39,839 nt of DNA from the NCBI GenBank assembly GCA_041288095.1, contig JBGGMJ010000127.1, positions 1 through 39,839 of the forward strand, written 5' to 3'. The DNA is from Myxococcota bacterium (GTDB lineage Bacteria; Myxococcota; XYA12-FULL-58-9; JALHOP01). A model generated the notes under the pieces. The model worked only from the letters and a program-made list of their open reading frames with translations. It ran no database searches and had not been told where the DNA came from. The translations under genes were made by a program, and so were the position numbers. Shown one piece after another: positions 1 to 8,655 of the stretch (position 1 is its first letter; each line of letters begins with the position of its first letter).

Positions 1-1305
1 GCCTCGGGCCTCACCGTGCTCGGCGGTGGCACGATGCTCGGGAGGCTGGCGCGCGCCGCCGCGACGCCGATCGCGCCCGCCGATCGTTATTTCATCTTCT
101 GTTATTTCGCGGGCGGCTGGGACATCCTGCTGTCGCTCGACCCGCGCGACCCCGCCCTCTTCAACGATGCCACCGCGGCGACCACCAAGATCAACCCGGG
201 CTACAACCAGCTGGCGCTGAAGAACCCGGTGACCACCCCGAGCGGTATCGTCTTCGGGCCGTACATCGGCGGACTCGCCGCGCACCACGACAAGATCTGC
301 GTCATCCGCGGCATGAGCATGGAGACGCTCACGCATGATGTCGGCCGGCGCCGGTTCCTTACCGGCAGGCCGCCGTCGGGACTCTCGGCTCGCGGTACCT
401 CGGCGGCATCGTGGCTCACCGCCAAGACCGGCGGTGAGGCGCACCCCCTGCCCAACATCGCCATGCGCGTCGAGAGCTACAACGTCGACGTGCCGAGCTA
501 CGCCACAGCCCTGAAGACGAACAGCGTCGCCGACCTGTTGCGGGCGCTGTCGGCGAGCGATCCGGCACTGGCGCCGCAGCTCGCGGACGCCATCGATGCG
601 CTGTTGTCCGCTCAAGCAGAGTGTCGCACGGCCTCGCCGATGCTCGTCGCCGCTGAAGCCAGCCGCAAACGCGCCGCGACCATGGCCCAAGGCGGCTTGA
701 GCTCGCTCTTCAACTTCGGCGCCAATACCCCGGAGATGGCCGAGCTGCGCAACTACTGGGGCTTCGGCGCCAACGACCTGGCGAGCGGCCCGGCCCAGGC
801 CGCGATGGCGGCGCGCGCCATCATGAACGGCGTCAGTCGCTGCGTCAGCATCCAACCCGCCGCCGGCCTCGATACCCACTCCGCCGAGTGGGTGACCGAC
901 CAAGGCCCGCGTCAGAAAGCCGGCTTCGACGCCGTCGCCAAGCTCATGGATACGCTTGCGGCCGAGCCGTACGACGACCATTCGAGCTGGCTCGATCACA
1001 CGACCATCGTCGGCTTCAGCGAGTTCAGCCGCACGCCGCTGATCAACGCCCGCGGCGGCCGCGATCACTCGCTCACCAATGCCTGCTTCGTCGCCGGCGG
1101 CGGCGTCCGCGGGGGCACTATCGTCGGACGTTCGTCGGACATCGCCATGACACCGACGACGATGAACCTCACGACCGGCCTCTACGAGCCCGACGGCGCC
1201 ATCATCCGCCCGGAGCACGTCTGGCAAGCAATCTACGAGTCTGTGGGTATGACCATCGAAGCCGATCTGCGAGTCCCACCGCTCAAGGCGGCATTCACCA
1301 CCTAG
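1..1305 (+). CDS. DUF1501-family protein (5' end probably outside the window; likely Tat-exported)
   Basis: Frame open from the window edge. Motifs YFAGGWDILLSLDP, GLDTH and FSEFSRTPLINARGGRDH are typical of DUF1501 proteins. The N-terminal remnant resembles the end of a signal peptide. Confidence 0.75.
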   Translation, partial: ASGLTVLGGGTMLGRLARAAATPIAPADRYFIFCYFAGGWDILLSLDPRDPALFNDATAATTKINPGYNQLALKNPVTTPSGIVFGPYIGGLAAHHDKICVIRGMSMETLTHDVGRRRFLTGRPPSGLSARGTSAASWLTAKTGGEAHPLPNIAMRVESYNVDVPSYATALKTNSVADLLRALSASDPALAPQLADAIDALLSAQAECRTASPMLVAAEASRKRAATMAQGGLSSLFNFGANTPEMAELRNYWGFGANDLASGPAQAAMAARAIMNGVSRCVSIQPAAGLDTHSAEWVTDQGPRQKAGFDAVAKLMDTLAAEPYDDHSSWLDHTTIVGFSEFSRTPLINARGGRDHSLTNACFVAGGGVRGGTIVGRSSDIAMTPTTMNLTTGLYEPDGAIIRPEHVWQAIYESVGMTIEADLRVPPLKAAFTT

Positions 1306-1339
1306 CGCGGCTCGGTTGAAATTGCTAAAGAGCCGCGCC

Positions 1340-2308
1340 ATGGGCGCTATCAAAGACTTCATCAAGCACAACTACCGGCACTTCAACGCGGCGGCCGTCG
1401 TCGACGCCGCTGAAGGTTGGGTGAAGCACCTCGAAGGTGGCGGCAAGATGCTGCTCACCATGGGCGGCGCCATGAGCACCGCCGAGATGGGCATCTCGAT
1501 CGCCGAGCTCATCCGCCAGGACAAGGTGCACGCCATCTCGTGCACCGGCGCCAACCTCGAAGAGGACATCTTCAACTTGGTCGCCAACAAAGAGTACCGC
1601 CGCGTCCCGCACTGGCGCGCGCTTTCGGCGGCGGACGAGCAAGAGCTCTACGACGGCGGCTACAACCGCGTCACCGACACCTGCATCCCCGAAGACGAGG
1701 CGATGCGTAAGGTGGAGAAGCCGCTCATCGAGCTCTGGCAAGAGTGCGACAAGAACAAGGAGCGCTTGTTCCCGTACGAGTTCTTCTACCGCATGCTCAA
1801 GCGCGGGATGCTCAAAGGAGAGTACCAGATCGACCCGAAGAACTCGTGGCTGATCGCGGCGTCCGAGAAGAACCTGCCGATCATCACGCCCGGCTGGGAA
1901 GACTCGACCTGCGCCAACTTCTTCGTCGCCCGCTACATCGAGAAGAAGTTCAGCTCGCTGCTCACCATGAAGAGCGGTGTCGAGCAGATGGAGTTCTTCT
2001 ACCGCTGGTACATGGAGACGAACGCCAAGCACTCGATCGGCTTCTTCCAGATCGGCGGCGGCATCTCGGGTGACTTCCCGATTTGCGTGGTCCCGATGAT
2101 CCGTCAGGACTTGAAGCACGACGCCAAGCTCTGGGGCTACTTCTGCCAGATCAGCGAAGCCGCTACCTCGTACGGCAGCTATAGCGGAGCGACACCCAAC
2201 GAGAAGATCACCTGGGGCAAGCTCGCCGTCGACACGCCGAAATTCGTCATCGAGAGTGACGCCACCATCGTCTTCCCGTTGATCGCGCAATACCTGCTCG
2301 ACGGCTAG
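1340..2308 (+). CDS. Deoxyhypusine synthase-like protein (probable homospermidine synthase)
   Basis: Motifs HFNAA, GGAMSTAE, TGANLEED, GGGISGDF, SYSGATPNEKITWGK (catalytic Lys region) and ESDATIVFPL. ATG at 1340 preferred over TTG at 1316. Confidence 0.9.
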   Translation: MGAIKDFIKHNYRHFNAAAVVDAAEGWVKHLEGGGKMLLTMGGAMSTAEMGISIAELIRQDKVHAISCTGANLEEDIFNLVANKEYRRVPHWRALSAADEQELYDGGYNRVTDTCIPEDEAMRKVEKPLIELWQECDKNKERLFPYEFFYRMLKRGMLKGEYQIDPKNSWLIAASEKNLPIITPGWEDSTCANFFVARYIEKKFSSLLTMKSGVEQMEFFYRWYMETNAKHSIGFFQIGGGISGDFPICVVPMIRQDLKHDAKLWGYFCQISEAATSYGSYSGATPNEKITWGKLAVDTPKFVIESDATIVFPLIAQYLLDG

Positions 2309-2313
2309 CCCGG

Positions 2314-3264
2314 GTGAAGCCGGCTCGGCCGTTCTTCGCGCTTACCGTCAACTGGTGCGTCGTGGCGCTTTTCTGCGTCGTGGCGTACATGGTCTGCTAT
2401 AGCGTCCCCCTGTCGGGGCTCGCGGCCGATCCGGACCTTGCGCGGTTCCACAACATCGCGCGCAGCATCGCCATGTTGCTGCTGACGCTCTCGACGCTGT
2501 CGGCGGTGCTCGCTGTCATAGGCGTCATCGCCTGCCTGCGCGATCCCTCGGTGCCCGGCGCCTACGTCGTCTGGGTTGGGTTTGCGAGCATCATGCCGTT
2601 TCTCGCTTACGTCGCCGTAAACCTGATGACCTGGCCGATGCACCGCCACGCGCTCGAACGAGCGGCCCTTCGCGGGGCCGAGGTCATCGCCACCATCGAG
2701 CGCCACGTCGCGGAGCATGGCGAGCCCCCCGAGAAGATCCCCGAAAGCCCTACGTCGCTCGCCGCCTATCCGATGTTCTCGTACACGCGCTTCTCCGCCA
2801 AGGACGCGCGTCGCACCTTGTGGTGGTACGACCTCGGCCCGCGTTACGGCCGCACCGGCACCGCCAACTGGGTCTATCCGGACGGCAACATCGCGCACGC
2901 CATCCTCGCGATCGAGCTCGACGGTGAAGACCACGTGGCGCGCGCCCGGGGCGACCGGACGAGCCTCGATATCCATGACTCGGCGTTCCAGCAGGACGCG
3001 TGGCGGGAGAAGACTGGGAACCGCCAGAACATGGTGGCGGCCATCGTCCATTCTCTCGAGCACGCCGGGGTCGACGAGGTCCGCGCCCTGCTCGGTCCTC
3101 CGGACGGCCAACGCCTCCTGGTCGACACGCCCTGGGAGCTTTGGGTACGAACTTGGCCGAAGGATATCGACCTGTTTTTCTACTGGCCCACGAAGCACTA
3201 CCCGCCGGCGTTGGACAACCGCTCCGTGATCGCGGTCGGAGAGTGGGCCTATGCCCGTGACTAG
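2314..3264 (+). CDS. Hypothetical membrane protein (about 3 N-terminal TM helices, soluble C-terminal region with an SmpA/BamE-like EVRALLGPPD motif)
   Basis: 316-aa ORF between dhs and solA-like genes, overlapping the latter; hydrophobic N-terminus. Confidence 0.7.
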   Translation: MKPARPFFALTVNWCVVALFCVVAYMVCYSVPLSGLAADPDLARFHNIARSIAMLLLTLSTLSAVLAVIGVIACLRDPSVPGAYVVWVGFASIMPFLAYVAVNLMTWPMHRHALERAALRGAEVIATIERHVAEHGEPPEKIPESPTSLAAYPMFSYTRFSAKDARRTLWWYDLGPRYGRTGTANWVYPDGNIAHAILAIELDGEDHVARARGDRTSLDIHDSAFQQDAWREKTGNRQNMVAAIVHSLEHAGVDEVRALLGPPDGQRLLVDTPWELWVRTWPKDIDLFFYWPTKHYPPALDNRSVIAVGEWAYARD

Positions 3265-4414
3265 CTCGAACAAGCGCTACGACGTCATCGTCGCAGGGGT
3301 CGGCGCCATGGGCGCCGCGACCTGTTGGCAGCTCGCCAAGCGTGGCAAGCGCGTCCTCGGGCTCGAGCGCTTCGACATCCCCCACGTGATGGGCTCGTCG
3401 CATGGGACGAACCGCATCATTCGGCTCGCCTACTTCGAGCATGCCTCCTACGTGCCGCTGCTGCGCCGCGCCTACGAGCTGTGGCGTGAGGCCGAAGCGC
3501 TCTGGGGCGAGCAACTCTTGTTCATCACCGGCGGAGTCGACGCCGGCCCCGAGGATGGCCGCGTGGTGCGCGGCGCTCTCGCCTCGTGCCATGAGCACGG
3601 CTTACCTCACGAGGTAGTGAGCGCGCAGGAGCTCACGCGACGCCATCCTGGATGGCGCCTCCCACAATCGCACGTCGCTGTGTTGCAAGCTGACGGTGGC
3701 TTCGTCGCCTCTGAACGCGCCGTCAGCGCTCACGCCACCCTCGCCATCGCCGCTGGAGCGGACATCCACGGCCGCGAAGCCATGCTCGATTGGCAGCCGA
3801 CGGCGGACGGCGTGCGTGTGCGCACCGAGCGCGGCACCTACGAAGCCGAGCGCCTGGTGCTCTCGACCGGTGCTTGGATTGGCGATCACGTCCCCGAGCT
3901 CGCCGGCAAAGCGATCCCGGAGCGCCAGGTCCTGGGATGGTTCCGCCCGCTCGAGCCTTCGCACTTCAAGGTCGGCCGCTTCCCGGTCGGCGTCATCGAC
4001 GACGCGAAGCTCGTGTATGTCTTTCCCGAATGGGGCGTGCCCGGGTTCAAGCTGGGCGTCTACAATCACCTCCGCGAGAGCGGACACGGCGACACCTTGT
4101 CGCGAGAGCCGAACGACAGGGACGAGCAACTATTGCGCGAAGCAGTGCGCCGCTACTTCCCGGACGCCGACGGCTCGGTGCTCGCCTTGCGCGTCTGCCT
4201 GTTCACGAATGTCGCCGACGAGCACTTCGTGGTCGACACGCTTCCCGGCGCGCCGCAGGTCGTGGTGGCATCGCCTTGCTCGGGCCACGGCTTCAAGTTC
4301 GCGAGCGTCATGGGCGAGGTGCTCGCCGATTTCGCGACCGGTGCGCGGCCCGCGTTCGATCTCGAGCTCTTTCGCCTCTCGCGTCTCTCAGCGCGACCCT
4401 CTACGCCACTGTAG
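3251..4414 (+). CDS. solA: N-methyl-L-tryptophan oxidase / monomeric sarcosine oxidase family flavoprotein
   Basis: FAD motif DVIVAGVGAMG, GSSHGTNRIIR, CLFTN (covalent-FAD Cys region), CSGHGFKFASVMGE. Confidence 0.85.
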   Translation: MPVTSSNKRYDVIVAGVGAMGAATCWQLAKRGKRVLGLERFDIPHVMGSSHGTNRIIRLAYFEHASYVPLLRRAYELWREAEALWGEQLLFITGGVDAGPEDGRVVRGALASCHEHGLPHEVVSAQELTRRHPGWRLPQSHVAVLQADGGFVASERAVSAHATLAIAAGADIHGREAMLDWQPTADGVRVRTERGTYEAERLVLSTGAWIGDHVPELAGKAIPERQVLGWFRPLEPSHFKVGRFPVGVIDDAKLVYVFPEWGVPGFKLGVYNHLRESGHGDTLSREPNDRDEQLLREAVRRYFPDADGSVLALRVCLFTNVADEHFVVDTLPGAPQVVVASPCSGHGFKFASVMGEVLADFATGARPAFDLELFRLSRLSARPSTPL

Positions 4415-4492
4415 ACAGGCATCGTGGCTTCGAGCCCACACGCTGACCCACCGGCATGTCGTGGTGTCATGATTTTTTGGGCTTTTTCGGCA

Positions 4493-4508
4493 TGGCACGG
4501 ATGCTGCT
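4493..4508 (+). promoter_or_regulatory. Putative sigma54 (-24/-12) promoter
   Basis: TGGCACGGATGCTGCT with exact GG-N10-GC spacing, preceded by T-tracts, just upstream of the DUF1592 gene. Confidence 0.6.
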
Positions 4509-4519
4509 CGCGTGCACCG

Positions 4520-6187
4520 ATGCTCATGTCCGCCGCCCCTCATAGAATAGTCGCGGTGCTCGCGGTGCTCGCGGTCAATGTCCGCTGTACCGGCGAGATC
4601 AGCGACGCTTTGCCCGGCGGGCCCGGTCCAGAGGTCGAGCAATGCGTCGCCGGACCGCTCCTGCCGTCGGCGACCCCGCTCGCCCTGCTCTCACCCGACC
4701 AGTATCTGCGCTCGGTGCGCGCCGTTTTAGCGGACAACGCCATCCAGGCCGAGCTCGACCCAGTCGCCGGCGACACGCTCACCCAGATCGCGACCGAGAA
4801 GCTCGCGGCGGCGGCCGAGGCCATCGTCGCCCGACCGAGCTTCGCGACGCTGCGCGCCGGCATCTGCGGCGGCCGGGCCCCCACGGCTTGCGCCGACGAC
4901 TTCATCGCGTCGTTTGCTCGTCGGCTGTTCCGGCGGCCGGCCTCCACGGAAGAGCTCGCTTGGTTGCGCGATCGCTTCGACAAGGCGGCCACCGACCTCG
5001 GCGCCGATGACGCCCTGAACGTGGTCGCCGAAATCATCTTGCAGGCTCCCCAGACCCTGTACCTCCGTGTCGACGGCATCCCGGGCGAAGGCGACCTGCG
5101 GTTTCTCGACGGCTACGAGCGCGCGGGCCGGCTTGCCTTCTTCCTCTGGGACGGCGCGCCCGACGACGCCCTCCTCGAGGCCGCGGCACAAGGGCTCGGC
5201 GACGACGAAGCCTTGCGTGCGCAGGTCGATCGCATGCTTACCGATCCAAGGGCGCGTGAGCCCATGGTGCAACGGTTCGTCGACTGGCTCGAGCTCGACG
5301 GCAGCAACCTCCACACTCCGCTAGAGCAGACGCGCACCAACCCCGACAAGTTCCCGGCGGACTCGGAAAGCCTGCGCGCCGCGATGCGCATCGAGACCGA
5401 AGCGTTGGTGGAGCGGGCGCTCTTCGAGCGCGACGGGTCCATCGACTGGTTGCTCAACACGCGCGACGCTTACGTGAACGGCGAGCTCGCTGACCTCTAC
5501 GGCGTCGCGCACCTCGCCGAGGACCCCGCGACCTTCGTGTGGACCGAGCTGCCCGCCAGCGAGCGCGCCGGTCTGTTCACCCGCGCCGCGTTCCTTTCGC
5601 TCTACGCCAACCCAAACGTGCAGTCGCCGATCAAACGCGGCGCCTTCCTCGTCAAGCGCACGTTGTGCGTGGCGCTGGGCGATCCACCGCCTAACGTCGA
5701 CGACCGGCCGATCGAAGGTGGCGCGAGCCCAGGCGTCGTCACCAGCACGCGCGAAGCGGTCACCAACAAGACCAAAGACGCGTCGTGCTCGGCGTGCCAC
5801 GCGTTCCTCAATCCGTTCGGCTACGCGCTGGGCACCTACGATGCGCTCGGTGCCTTCGCCACCAGTGAAACGGTGAACGCGAGTGATGGGACGCCGCATC
5901 AGTTCAGCATCGACGCCGCCGTCACGTTGCCGGGCGGCGAGGCGGGCCTCGCGGTCAACGGCCCCGTCGAGCTCTCGGACTACCTGGCGAACAACGAAGA
6001 GGTCTACCAGTGCTTCGCCAAGCGCTGGTTCGGGAGCGCCTTCGCGCGCGCGCCGTCCCGGGACGAGGAGTGCGCCTTGCGCGTCATGGGAGCGGAGCTC
6101 GCGTCGAGCAAGCGCTTGGGCGACTTCATCGTGGCGCTGGTACGCAGCGAAGCCTTCACCCAAACCCGAGTCGCGGAGCAGCCATGA
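4520..6187 (+). CDS. DUF1587/1595/1592/1588/1585-type (PSD) multidomain exported protein with one CxxCH motif
   Basis: FARRLFRRP, RLAFFLWDGAPDDALL, YVNGELADLYG, ERAGLFT, SPIKRG, CSACH; N-terminal hydrophobic signal/lipoprotein-like segment. Start is ATG 4520 or 4526. Confidence 0.85.
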   Translation: MLMSAAPHRIVAVLAVLAVNVRCTGEISDALPGGPGPEVEQCVAGPLLPSATPLALLSPDQYLRSVRAVLADNAIQAELDPVAGDTLTQIATEKLAAAAEAIVARPSFATLRAGICGGRAPTACADDFIASFARRLFRRPASTEELAWLRDRFDKAATDLGADDALNVVAEIILQAPQTLYLRVDGIPGEGDLRFLDGYERAGRLAFFLWDGAPDDALLEAAAQGLGDDEALRAQVDRMLTDPRAREPMVQRFVDWLELDGSNLHTPLEQTRTNPDKFPADSESLRAAMRIETEALVERALFERDGSIDWLLNTRDAYVNGELADLYGVAHLAEDPATFVWTELPASERAGLFTRAAFLSLYANPNVQSPIKRGAFLVKRTLCVALGDPPPNVDDRPIEGGASPGVVTSTREAVTNKTKDASCSACHAFLNPFGYALGTYDALGAFATSETVNASDGTPHQFSIDAAVTLPGGEAGLAVNGPVELSDYLANNEEVYQCFAKRWFGSAFARAPSRDEECALRVMGAELASSKRLGDFIVALVRSEAFTQTRVAEQP

Positions 6188-7644
6188 GCCCGAGGCCAAT
6201 GACACGTCGTGCGTTTTTGCGGACGGCAGGTGCGCTGACCGTGGCGTTGCCGGCGCTCGAGCTGACGCACGGGAAGGCCTGGGCGCAGGCGCCGGAGAAC
6301 ATCGCCAAGCGCTACGTGGGCTTCTTTTCGCACGGCGGCTACACCACGTCGCGGGGCGTCGATGGCCGCTTGCAATCGATTGGCTCGTTTTTCGGCCACG
6401 ATCTGTGGCGTCCGCCATACGAGACAGAGACCCTGACGACGCTGGGCGAGGAGATGCTGCCGCTCGAAGGCGCGGCGGACAAGCTCCTGATCCTGCGCGG
6501 CATGGTGAATCGCGCGGGGATCGAGCAAGGCGAATACGGCGGCGGGCACGGTTTCGCCAACGTCACCGCGCTCACCTCGAACAATGTCTCGGTGCTCACG
6601 CGTTCGAACGGCGAGACCTATCAGACCGCCGAGGGGCCTTCGATCGATCAGGTGATCTCGGATCGCTTGATGCAACGCACACCGACACCGTTCGCGCGCA
6701 TCGACCTCGCCGTCGACGGTCACAACTACGGCACACCTTTCTTCAGCGCCGCCCGCCAGCCCATCGAAGGGGAAGGGAACGTCCGCACCGCCTTCGATTC
6801 GCTGTTCACCGGCGTCTCGCCCGAGGAACCGTCGCCCGAGATGGAACGCTTGCGCCTGCGCAAGAAGAGCGTCCTCGACGGGGTGCTCGACGGCTTTGCC
6901 ACCTTCAAGCGCAACTTGAGCGTCGCCGACACCCGCCGCGTCGATGCGCACTTCGAGTTCATTCGCGCGCTCGAGCGCCGCATCAACGGGCTCGGACAAG
7001 TCGCCGAATGCACGGTACCGACGCGTAGCGATCCGCGCCCCGCGGAGTTCACGGGGCCGATCATGATCGATCTCATCGTGCACGCGTTCCGCTGCGGCCT
7101 CTCGAACGTCGCGACTTTCAATCTGGCGGACATCACCACGCCGTGGACCACGGCGCCCCTCTCCGACCGCGGCATGGTCGGCTACGACATCGGCCACTCG
7201 CTGCACCACTTCCTGCGCGACCTCGCGCCCGGCGGCGCCAACGACAACGACCGCGACCGCGCCGACTGGCGCACCGAGATGGTCGCGAACCGCCGCTGGC
7301 GCCTCGGCCTCTTCCGCCGCTTGATGGACGGCCTCGCCGAAAGTGGCGACGGGGCCGCCGGCTCGATGCTCGACACCAGCATCATCTACCTCACCAGCGA
7401 GTTCAGCCGCGGTGAGCAGCACACCTGCAACGAGCCGCCGGTGCTCATCGCTGGTGGCGGCGGCGGCACCATCCGCACCGGACGGCAGATCAACTACAAC
7501 GCCGCGGGCGCGGGCACGGGGCCGATGGAGACCGACGCCTCCCTGCACAACCTCTACACGACGTTCCTGCAGGCGTTCGGGGAGACCGACGAGCACTTCG
7601 GCAACGACGATGCTTGGCGCCGGGGGCCGCTCGATTTGACGTAG
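6184..7644 (+). CDS. DUF1552-family Tat-exported protein
   Basis: Twin-arginine signal TRRAFLR, GPSIDQVI, RKKSVLD, SMLDTSIIYLTSEF, PVLIAGGGGG. ATGA overlap with the upstream gene, the usual partner arrangement. Confidence 0.85.
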   Translation: MSPRPMTRRAFLRTAGALTVALPALELTHGKAWAQAPENIAKRYVGFFSHGGYTTSRGVDGRLQSIGSFFGHDLWRPPYETETLTTLGEEMLPLEGAADKLLILRGMVNRAGIEQGEYGGGHGFANVTALTSNNVSVLTRSNGETYQTAEGPSIDQVISDRLMQRTPTPFARIDLAVDGHNYGTPFFSAARQPIEGEGNVRTAFDSLFTGVSPEEPSPEMERLRLRKKSVLDGVLDGFATFKRNLSVADTRRVDAHFEFIRALERRINGLGQVAECTVPTRSDPRPAEFTGPIMIDLIVHAFRCGLSNVATFNLADITTPWTTAPLSDRGMVGYDIGHSLHHFLRDLAPGGANDNDRDRADWRTEMVANRRWRLGLFRRLMDGLAESGDGAAGSMLDTSIIYLTSEFSRGEQHTCNEPPVLIAGGGGGTIRTGRQINYNAAGAGTGPMETDASLHNLYTTFLQAFGETDEHFGNDDAWRRGPLDLT

Positions 7645-7662
7645 CGGTCCGTTGGGCTCTGG

Positions 7663-8655
7663 TCACAAGGCCAAGGTCCGCTGCTTCGCCGAGGGATCTC
7701 TTGCTCGACTCGCCGTGTCGACCAAGACCGCCCGGAGGATCTCCGGCGTGATCGACTTCGGCGCGACGAGCGCACCCTTCTCACGCAGCCCCCGCAAGCC
7801 GCTCGAGCTCTCATCGTGACGCACATAGACTGGTGCGAAGCGCAGCTTGTCGAGCTGTTCGACGGCACCCGACCAAGTGCCTCCACTCTCGAACGCGGAG
7901 CTTGCGACGAATGCGACGTCGGCAAAGGCATAGATGAGCTTGTTGCGCTGCATGGCATGACCAACGGTGAAGCCGGCAAGAGGATCGAAGGGCGACACAA
8001 GAGTGAGCCGCCGATCCCGCAGGTACGGGCGGTAAGCTTGGCTCACCACCGCGCGGCCCAGATTGTCGGCCAGGATTGCGATTGCTTTGCCGCCGCTCTC
8101 CAGCGCAGCGCCGACGCCAGCTTGATCGATGCCACGCGCGCCGCCCGAAACGACGGGCGCTTCGATTGCCGCCGCGCATCGGCCGACCTCGACCGCAAAC
8201 GCCGTTTCAAGCTCGCCAGCGTCGCGCGAGCCAACCACTGCGACACCACCCGCATCGAGAAGCACGCGGTCGCCGCAACCGTAAAGGACCGGCGGAGCAT
8301 CTTGGCCCAGCTTGGCCTTGAGGCGAGCCGGATACTCAGCGTCCGCCCGACTCATCACCCAGATCGACCGCGAAGCCCAAAGCTCGACCGCTTCACTCAA
8401 CAAGAAGCCTCGAGCCAACAGCGCGGTCAGCCGCTCGCGCAGTTCGTCCGTTTTAGCGAACCTGTCAATAAGCTCCGCGGAAGCCGATCCCAAAAGATCA
8501 GCGGGCTCGAGGCGAGCGGCCCGAAGCAGCCCCACGAGGCTCTTGTACTCCGCGAGGCTGAGCGGCTTCGCCAACGCAGTCTTCCTGGCGCCCGTGAGCA
8601 GCGGTGCCGCCAGCAGCAAGATGGCTTGCGTGTTTTGCGACAGTCGCAAGGTCAC
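7663..8655 (-). CDS. DprA/Smf-like (SLOG) protein, PsyrA/RqlI-type antitoxin
   Basis: YPARLK..APPVLYGCG, AVVGSR, VVSGGARGID, MQRNKLIY, GGTWSGA. Four-bp overlap with the upstream RecQ-PRTase gene. Confidence 0.85.
   Translation of the reverse strand: MTLRLSQNTQAILLLAAPLLTGARKTALAKPLSLAEYKSLVGLLRAARLEPADLLGSASAELIDRFAKTDELRERLTALLARGFLLSEAVELWASRSIWVMSRADAEYPARLKAKLGQDAPPVLYGCGDRVLLDAGGVAVVGSRDAGELETAFAVEVGRCAAAIEAPVVSGGARGIDQAGVGAALESGGKAIAILADNLGRAVVSQAYRPYLRDRRLTLVSPFDPLAGFTVGHAMQRNKLIYAFADVAFVASSAFESGGTWSGAVEQLDKLRFAPVYVRHDESSSGLRGLREKGALVAPKSITPEILRAVLVDTASRARDPSAKQRTLAL

Noticed and set aside
4550..4576. Short tandem repeat TCGCGGTGC (about 3 copies)
   Set aside because: It simply encodes VAVLAVLAV in a signal peptide; too short to support a contingency locus.
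7663..8655. DprA as a natural-competence gene
   Set aside because: Coupling to a RecQ-PRTase and the lack of competence or topA context fit the PsyrA/RqlI type better.
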